Source: a virus
Lineage: Duplodnaviria > Caudoviricetes
Virus record (IMG/VR): IMGVR_UViG_3300035659_000011
Coordinates: 1-62,793 of that record
Reading direction: 5' to 3' (one strand)
DNA: 62,793 nt
The first letter of the stretch is position 1. Every line of letters starts with the position of its first letter. The position numbers were made by a program, and so were the translations under genes. The notes under the pieces are model-generated. The model saw only the letters and a list, made by a program, of their open reading frames with translations. It was not told where the DNA came from and made no database searches. Positions 57,139 to 62,793 of the stretch are shown here, piece by piece.

Positions 57139-57178
57139 AATGTCTTCTCTCATGTTATTAAATGTCCGTATAAAGTAA

Positions 57179-57221
57179 TAATCAATTCTATTAGCGTAGA
57201 GTAATCAATCTATTAGCGTAG
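57179..57221. repeat. near-tandem ~21-bp direct repeat at the 3' end of tnpB
   Basis: TAATCAATTCTATTAGCGTAG (57179-57199) and TAATCAATCTATTAGCGTAG (57202-57221). Confidence 0.75.
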
Positions 57222-58464
57222 TGGTTAATTCATTACTAGACCACTTGTCATGATCTAGCAACATCCTTGAAAAGCTTACGCTCTCCAAATGGGCTAACCA
57301 CGAGCCCTTAATTGGTATGGCGCTGTCACCACAGTAACTCTTCATGATATTCACTGCCCCATTACCATCTCTTGTGAATATCAAAGAATCATTCAGCTTC
57401 ACTATGCGATCTGACAGCTTCAGCTCTGCGTCAAATCGCTCATTTGTCAAACAATTAGTACAGCTTGTATAAGCCTCATTCTGCCTGACAAATAATATAC
57501 CCTCGTCAAGTACTTTGTACTCAATGAAAGTTCTAAATCTACTCAGCGTGCCCTGATTCTGAGTTGATTTATTCAATCCCCTATCCTTCGCTAACTTTGA
57601 ATCTTTCACTAACTTCTTAGTCTTTATGTCACCATAAACAACTTTCGACACTTCATTTTCTATACAGTAATCTACAATCTTCTTACTGACTTTATGCTGA
57701 AAGTCTTTATTCTTATTTGCTAGTTTTTTCTTGCAACGTTTATAAATAGCTGCTAGTCTTTTATATCGTCTAGAGTATTTCTTTTTCTTGTCACGAAGTG
57801 ACTGTATGACTTCTATTCTTTTTTCAAGCTGCTTGTGAAATTGATCGTTTGGTATTTCTATAATCTCTTTCTTATCTGGGTTGTAGATTGTAGCTATGTT
57901 AGTAACGCCAGGATCTATAGAAATTAGTTTCTCTTGAGTGAACGTTTTGACTTTTTTGGGTTCACTATAAGTGAAGATAGCGAAGTACACATCATCTTCT
58001 TTTTTTATTTGCAAAGTTTTAAGAGTACCTACAATTGTTTTACAGTAATCTGGTAATTGAATTTCTAATACTTTTGCTGTTTCAATGTAGTGATTTTCAA
58101 TAAAAATAGTTAAAATATTGTCATTTAGTTTGAAATTGCAATTACGCCATTGAATAGTTGTAAAGTACTTCCACGATTTGAATCTATATGGGAGTCTAGC
58201 TGCTTTGTCTGTTTTCTTTTTAGCAAGATAGCTTTTCACACTATTGATTAGTGTTTTACAAGTTTCATAAGCCGGTCTATATTGTATAGTTAAATTGTTC
58301 TCTCGCCTAAACTTGCTACATTCCTTACTGAACCCTACAATTGTACCAGTGTTTTTCGCATGTTCAAGTAAATGATTATACAATAGTCTATGTTCATTAG
58401 ATAGTGTATTCAACACTAACTTCTGATACCACGACAAATTAAGTTTAACTTTTAACGCTTTCAT
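57205..58464 (-). CDS. tnpB: TnpB-family RNA-guided endonuclease with rearranged RuvC-II
   Basis: MKALKVKL N-terminus, RLLYNHLL, ISIDPGV, VVYGDI, QNEAYTS, RDGNGAVNI. Confidence 0.87.
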   Translation of the reverse strand: MKALKVKLNLSWYQKLVLNTLSNEHRLLYNHLLEHAKNTGTIVGFSKECSKFRRENNLTIQYRPAYETCKTLINSVKSYLAKKKTDKAARLPYRFKSWKYFTTIQWRNCNFKLNDNILTIFIENHYIETAKVLEIQLPDYCKTIVGTLKTLQIKKEDDVYFAIFTYSEPKKVKTFTQEKLISIDPGVTNIATIYNPDKKEIIEIPNDQFHKQLEKRIEVIQSLRDKKKKYSRRYKRLAAIYKRCKKKLANKNKDFQHKVSKKIVDYCIENEVSKVVYGDIKTKKLVKDSKLAKDRGLNKSTQNQGTLSRFRTFIEYKVLDEGILFVRQNEAYTSCTNCLTNERFDAELKLSDRIVKLNDSLIFTRDGNGAVNIMKSYCGDSAIPIKGSWLAHLESVSFSRMLLDHDKWSSNELTTTLID

Positions 58465-58476
58465 AGTAATTATTGT

Positions 58477-59265
58477 TTACTTAATATCATGTAGCTTTTC
58501 CACTTTATTAAACAAAATCCTGAACTTATCATCTATGTCCATATCTTCGTGGAAATGACCACAATAGTAATGATCGAACAACATCTTGTCGCAGATTTCT
58601 TCTAACATCTTTGCAGTCGGATCAGAAAGTCGTTGAATCAATGATGTTGATACTTCATCAACATAACCACTTCTTGGAGTACTTAACATGCCGTGCGGAG
58701 CAGTATTATAATCGCCAAATTGATCAATTCCAAATATTGTCAATAATTTCGCAATCTTATTTCTTGGTAACGTATGGGCTACTACATAATCTACACTACT
58801 ATGTGCACTAATTGTGTGTAATGCTAATTCAAACTCTTCATCTGATGGTATTTCTTGTTTCCACCATGATTCATTTTCAATTCGTCTATTTTTGTCTGTG
58901 GTCATCGCACCGCCGAAACAAAAGAATTTTTTGTTTTCAATAATATATATGTAGCCAGTTTTCAAATGGAATATACTATCATTAACAATGCCGACGGGCC
59001 CACCGAACTTTTCAATGACGTCCAGTTTAGCTAGTCTATTGTAATTGTCATGATTGCCACTGATGAATAATGTAGTGAATGGTTTTTCAATTAACCAATT
59101 TGTCCAGTAAATTTCAGTTTTGTCAGGTTCATCTTCCCATAATAGGCCGAAATCACCACAAATTATGACTACATCATTTTTAGTGAGAGTTTTTACGGGG
59201 AACGAATCAGTAGCTAGTTTGCTGATATCGTGAGGTATGTGAGTGTCACCGGTAATGAATATCAT
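58477..59265 (-). CDS. calcineurin-like metallophosphoesterase
   Basis: TGDTH, CGDFG, GNHDN, AHT, CGHFH. Confidence 0.9.
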   Translation of the reverse strand: MIFITGDTHIPHDISKLATDSFPVKTLTKNDVVIICGDFGLLWEDEPDKTEIYWTNWLIEKPFTTLFISGNHDNYNRLAKLDVIEKFGGPVGIVNDSIFHLKTGYIYIIENKKFFCFGGAMTTDKNRRIENESWWKQEIPSDEEFELALHTISAHSSVDYVVAHTLPRNKIAKLLTIFGIDQFGDYNTAPHGMLSTPRSGYVDEVSTSLIQRLSDPTAKMLEEICDKMLFDHYYCGHFHEDMDIDDKFRILFNKVEKLHDIK

Positions 59266-59744
59266 TTATCAATGCTAGTGCAATAATACCAGCAATCACT
59301 TTTGTTTTGAAGTTGCATGATGATAGTTATAGGTTTTCGATCTTCAGTCCATACTTTGGCTGCTGTGTCATAGTAATAGAAAAATAGCTTGTATGTCTTT
59401 ACTGTAGGGCAATTGGACAATGTATAGTTCAAAACTGCTATAGTTATTCTTTCTCCATTAAATTTTGGTTTGACTTGTCTAATTGTAATGTCACAAAGAT
59501 AGACATCATCACCTTTTAACAAAGATTTACTAGCAGAATCAAGACAAAGTGTAGGATAGAGTTCTATTGGAATGAACTTGTAGATGAATTGTAATGTTTG
59601 CGATGGTCGATTGTCAAATTCTACTTGCTGTTTCTTATAATTCTTGTCAATTAAATCAAATACTGGTTGATATGATCCAAAACACATAGAAGCACATAAT
59701 GCCGTATTTACTAATAAGCAAATTGACATTATGAACTTCTTCAT
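59262..59744 (-). CDS. hypothetical exported protein
   Basis: N-terminal signal-peptide-like MKKFIMSICLLVNTALCA; AAGGAG RBS. Confidence 0.6.
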   Translation of the reverse strand: MKKFIMSICLLVNTALCASMCFGSYQPVFDLIDKNYKKQQVEFDNRPSQTLQFIYKFIPIELYPTLCLDSASKSLLKGDDVYLCDITIRQVKPKFNGERITIAVLNYTLSNCPTVKTYKLFFYYYDTAAKVWTEDRKPITIIMQLQNKSDCWYYCTSIDK

Positions 59745-59772
59745 AGTTACTCCTTTTTATGAGTTCATTGTC

Positions 59773-59970
59773 TCAAGCACATTCATTAATTTCATCAGCC
59801 AATTCATGTCGTAAGACTTTAGTAGTGTCATCATGCGTGTTAAACCAAAACATTAATGTATTGTCTTGCACAGTAAAACAATCATGCAAAGACTTGTGTT
59901 TACCGCATGGTTTGATGTGTGTAAATCGCTCTTTAGCAGTTTGTATCAGTTTCTCTTTAATGTGTTCCAT
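59773..59970 (-). CDS. hypothetical protein
   Basis: 65 aa ORF. Confidence 0.6.
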   Translation of the reverse strand: MEHIKEKLIQTAKERFTHIKPCGKHKSLHDCFTVQDNTLMFWFNTHDDTTKVLRHELADEINECA

Positions 59971-60583
59971 TATTCATCCTATTTGGAGTCCAATTTGTTT
60001 TCCAGTGATCATCGGTCTTCACATGAGATTTTCTAACCCATTTTGCCATATTAATGCTCATTTTATCAATTAGAAATTCATCTGTGCTCCTTACAACATA
60101 GCCTTCAATTTCGTTGCCAAATGCTGACGTTGTTGGCACTTTAAACGCAGGATCAAATGGTCCTCTCTGCAAAATCGGTACATATTGCAGTCCAAATTCG
60201 TTACAAATTTTGATAGTGTCATCTACTGATAAGAAAACATTTCTCTCTAAGTCGATTACTGCAAACACATAGAAAAACGTAGACAACTTATCATAGAAAA
60301 TGCTATGCTTAGCAAAGACATTTTCTCCCACAATTTGAATGTATTCCGGTATTTTCCACGCTATTTGAGCATGAAGTGCTTTAATCCATGACTGAGATGG
60401 ATGATGCGTAGATTCTTCACTTCTTGCATGACATCTGTCTGATTTCAACGATGTACATTCTCCGTCGAGTTTCTCTGTATAAATTACGCCCTTGCCTATC
60501 AAACACTGATCATTCTCAAGTATCTCGTCGTCATCTGAGATACCCTCAGAATTAGGAAGGTGTCTAGTCCTTGGGTACTTAAT
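59957..60583 (-). CDS. ATP-dependent RNA ligase (Rnl2-like family); start probably ATT at 60583
   Basis: KYPRTRHLP.SEG..DDD, TEKLDGE, VGEN, FYVFAV, EGYVVR, KWVR. Confidence 0.85.
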   Translation of the reverse strand: MKYPRTRHLPNSEGISDDDEILENDQCLIGKGVIYTEKLDGECTSLKSDRCHARSEESTHHPSQSWIKALHAQIAWKIPEYIQIVGENVFAKHSIFYDKLSTFFYVFAVIDLERNVFLSVDDTIKICNEFGLQYVPILQRGPFDPAFKVPTTSAFGNEIEGYVVRSTDEFLIDKMSINMAKWVRKSHVKTDDHWKTNWTPNRMNNGTH

Positions 60584-60588
60584 AGAGT

Positions 60589-60828
60589 CTACCTCAATCT
60601 CAATATTCTACAGATCTTTGACCACAAACTTATCGATCTTAATTGCGTAGAATCTTCAGCATCTCTACGCCATTTCCTTATGACATACCAGTAATCTTTA
60701 CATCGTCTACGAAAATTCTTATAAGGACCGAAGTACAATTTCTTACCATTCATTTCAACGATAAGAAAGTTATCTTTCGCATATATATAATCAGCAGAAT
60801 TCAGATCGATATTTCGAATTCTACTCAA
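60589..60828 (-). CDS. hypothetical protein
   Basis: 79 aa ORF. Confidence 0.5.
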   Translation of the reverse strand: MSRIRNIDLNSADYIYAKDNFLIVEMNGKKLYFGPYKNFRRRCKDYWYVIRKWRRDAEDSTQLRSISLWSKICRILRLR

Positions 60829-61156
60829 TTTCTTTTATCTCGATATTCAAATGTTTCATCAACCATTCTGCTACTAAATGTCTATGACAAAACTTTCCAG
60901 ACTTTTCCCAACACAAAATTACAGCATCTTCACCAAGCTCTTCAAACACTTGCTTCGGATCCAACTCATCTAACACTTCTTTTTGATACTGCAATTTATA
61001 GAACTCTTCATCACCATCTAGTTTGTACTTCTTGAAAAACCAATACTTGGGTGCTAACTTTTTGTACTGACGACCTGTGAACCAATCAGGAGCTTTTGCA
61101 GCAATCGATACAGCTTGTGGATGTTTTGAAGATTTTGCATAGTATGAAGTCTGCAT
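60821..61156 (-). CDS. DUF488-family protein
   Basis: TSYYA, LAP, LCWE...FCHRHLVAEW. Confidence 0.82.
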   Translation of the reverse strand: MQTSYYAKSSKHPQAVSIAAKAPDWFTGRQYKKLAPKYWFFKKYKLDGDEEFYKLQYQKEVLDELDPKQVFEELGEDAVILCWEKSGKFCHRHLVAEWLMKHLNIEIKEIE

Positions 61157-61166
61157 ATATCAATCT

Positions 61167-61919
61167 CTATAATTTTGTCAATTTTCGATTTTTTATTCCT
61201 TCTTCAGAAACTAACACATGTTCATTGTAATAAGCTACAAGCGCAGCATCTCCACCCTCAACCCACAATTTATTCTTAGCCTGCCAACCCTCACCCATAT
61301 TCTTAAGTTTCTCTTCAGTCCAATGCCCTTTATACTTTTTAATAAATTGCTGAATAGAGCGTTGTTCATAATGATAAAGTCTCAAGCTTGGATCAAACAC
61401 ACTATTTACTTTACCATTCCAGAATCCCCAATGATTGCCTTGACAAATTCCAATGAGTCCTGTGAGATTTACTATTGCTTTATCATTAGAATACTTGAGC
61501 TCCCAAGGATCATGGTATGTGATACGTTCAATAGGATTTTCAATATTAAGATCTAATACAGTAGGTCGCATAAACGTGCCATGTGAATAAATCTGTTGTA
61601 AAGTACCAGCTCGCATACATGATGCTCGCACATCACCATCTAAAAATTCGTCAGCATCAGCATTAACAGCCCATACACATTCAAGATTTCTAAGAGTACA
61701 GTCCATAGCATATACCCATTCAGACTGTTTATAAGTCTGTTCAGGTATACTTATAATAAAAACAGTGTCACTTTGAATAGATCTTAAATACTCTAACGTG
61801 CCATCTGTACTACCATTATCTTGAATAATCGTATAATCAAATCGAAATATATGATAATCTATCCACTGCTTTATAATATCTATCTCATCTTTGCATAATA
61901 ATGTTAATCCTATCTTCAT
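61167..61919 (-). CDS. glycosyltransferase family 2-like protein
   Basis: KDEIDIIKQWIDYH, DNGSTDGT, DADEF, LYHY; likely start MKIGLTLL after AGGAG. Confidence 0.85.
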   Translation of the reverse strand: MKIGLTLLCKDEIDIIKQWIDYHIFRFDYTIIQDNGSTDGTLEYLRSIQSDTVFIISIPEQTYKQSEWVYAMDCTLRNLECVWAVNADADEFLDGDVRASCMRAGTLQQIYSHGTFMRPTVLDLNIENPIERITYHDPWELKYSNDKAIVNLTGLIGICQGNHWGFWNGKVNSVFDPSLRLYHYEQRSIQQFIKKYKGHWTEEKLKNMGEGWQAKNKLWVEGGDAALVAYYNEHVLVSEEGIKNRKLTKL

Positions 61920-61920
61920 A

Positions 61921-62616
61921 TCAACTCCTAATTGCTGGTGAATGTATTGCAAGACATTGGAAACATATTGAGTATACAGCATTATAACAATTCATTGCAA
62001 CACTTTCCCATTTGTCAAGAAGTGCAACGTGTTCTTCAGATATGTGTCCTATAGATACTTTGCCTCGGTAATCTCCGCAACACATTCTCAGATGTCCATA
62101 ATAGTTAACTACCATCTCTACTCGAGACGGACGAACGCAACCTCCCGCTAATAAATGACACTGATCATACATAGTTATACGATTATCATGAGGAGCCCAA
62201 CTCGCTGTCATATTAGGATAGATCTTACATAGAGTTTGAAAATGCTGCATATCTTTTTCTTCATAAACGCTAACACATACACGATTGAACTTCTTGATAT
62301 GATCATCAGAGAGGTTATGGAGTAGAAATCCATTAGTCCACAAAATAAATTTAGCTTCTGGCAGAGCCTCCATCACAGTCTGCATTCTATCTGGGTAGAG
62401 GCATGGATCATTATAATAGTGGAATGCAATCTCTCCGACAAATCCCCTAACTATTACTGATTTAGCAAAGTGTATGATCTCGTCATCAGTCATCGGATTT
62501 TTAGATTCTCGATCAGGATATCGGAGAGGATCATTGATTGGACACCACAGATGTTTACTTGATAAATTACAAGCAGACCCTATCTCGAAACTTAAGAATC
62601 GCAAATCTTTAATCAT
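61921..62616 (-). CDS. radical SAM-like protein with SPASM/twitch domain (atypical cluster motif)
   Basis: EIGSACNL...H..CP, FHYYNDP, TNG, C..P..VNYYG..MCC.DY..IG..C..C. Confidence 0.75.
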   Translation of the reverse strand: MIKDLRFLSFEIGSACNLSSKHLWCPINDPLRYPDRESKNPMTDDEIIHFAKSVIVRGFVGEIAFHYYNDPCLYPDRMQTVMEALPEAKFILWTNGFLLHNLSDDHIKKFNRVCVSVYEEKDMQHFQTLCKIYPNMTASWAPHDNRITMYDQCHLLAGGCVRPSRVEMVVNYYGHLRMCCGDYRGKVSIGHISEEHVALLDKWESVAMNCYNAVYSICFQCLAIHSPAIRS

Positions 62617-62624
62617 ATTGACTC

Positions 62625-62793
62625 TTATTGTTTGACTTTTTTGACTTTACGTTTACTAAACTGTCGTCGTGTACTATTCACAGGCACAGTAACACCTGTA
62701 AATCCAGCTCTACCTGGTGCCAAACTATCAGGATGATCACCGCATCCAGACTTATCCATTGTATCTCCTGAATCTTGACCTACTTGAAATGGT
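62625..62793 (-). CDS. hypothetical protein (partial, 3' end)
   Basis: Open frame from the window end to TAA at 62625. Confidence 0.5.
   Translation of the reverse strand, partial: PFQVGQDSGDTMDKSGCGDHPDSLAPGRAGFTGVTVPVNSTRRQFSKRKVKKVKQ

Noticed and set aside
57179-57221. CRISPR array next to the TnpB/Cas12-like gene
   Set aside because: Only two adjacent units with no spacer between them.
509-61556. Numerous plus-strand ORFs in the six-frame track
   Set aside because: They are antisense shadows of well-supported minus-strand genes, with no recognisable motifs or RBS.
1-62793. Stop-codon reassignment, as in some large phages
   Set aside because: Conserved genes are full length in code 11; TAA, TAG and TGA all end genes at expected positions; no suppressor tRNA seen.

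Overview
This window is a segment of a large (jumbo-type) bacteriophage genome. It is AT-rich, densely coded and essentially all on the minus strand. It holds a replication/recombination module: primase, DnaE split into two genes, FEN-type 5'-3' exonuclease, DinG-type helicase, RecA, SSB, UvsY-like protein, RuvC, SbcCD and an ATP-dependent ligase. Nucleotide metabolism genes include class II RNR, dUTPase, dCTP deaminase, a dCMP-type thymidylate synthase homologue, a MazG-like NTP-PPase and a GT-B glycosyltransferase, suggesting cytosine hypermodification. Host-like regulators are two sigma factors, NusG, SpoVG and HU. Selfish elements are two inteins, two GIY-YIG endonucleases, two tnpB genes and a group I intron. 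The most striking feature is at 56.5-57.15 kb: a tRNA operon (Pro-UGG, Gln-UUG, Arg-CCU, Arg-ACG) preceded by a textbook ribosome-dependent attenuator whose leader peptide (MIRRQPQPQRQPQPGQRMLK) is built almost entirely from the codons those tRNAs read. This looks like a sensor of tRNA depletion that switches on replacement tRNAs. Downstream lie a carboxy(nor)spermidine polyamine pathway and a tmRNA interrupted by a group I intron in its T-loop. All calls come from reading the sequence and recognising motifs; no searches were run.
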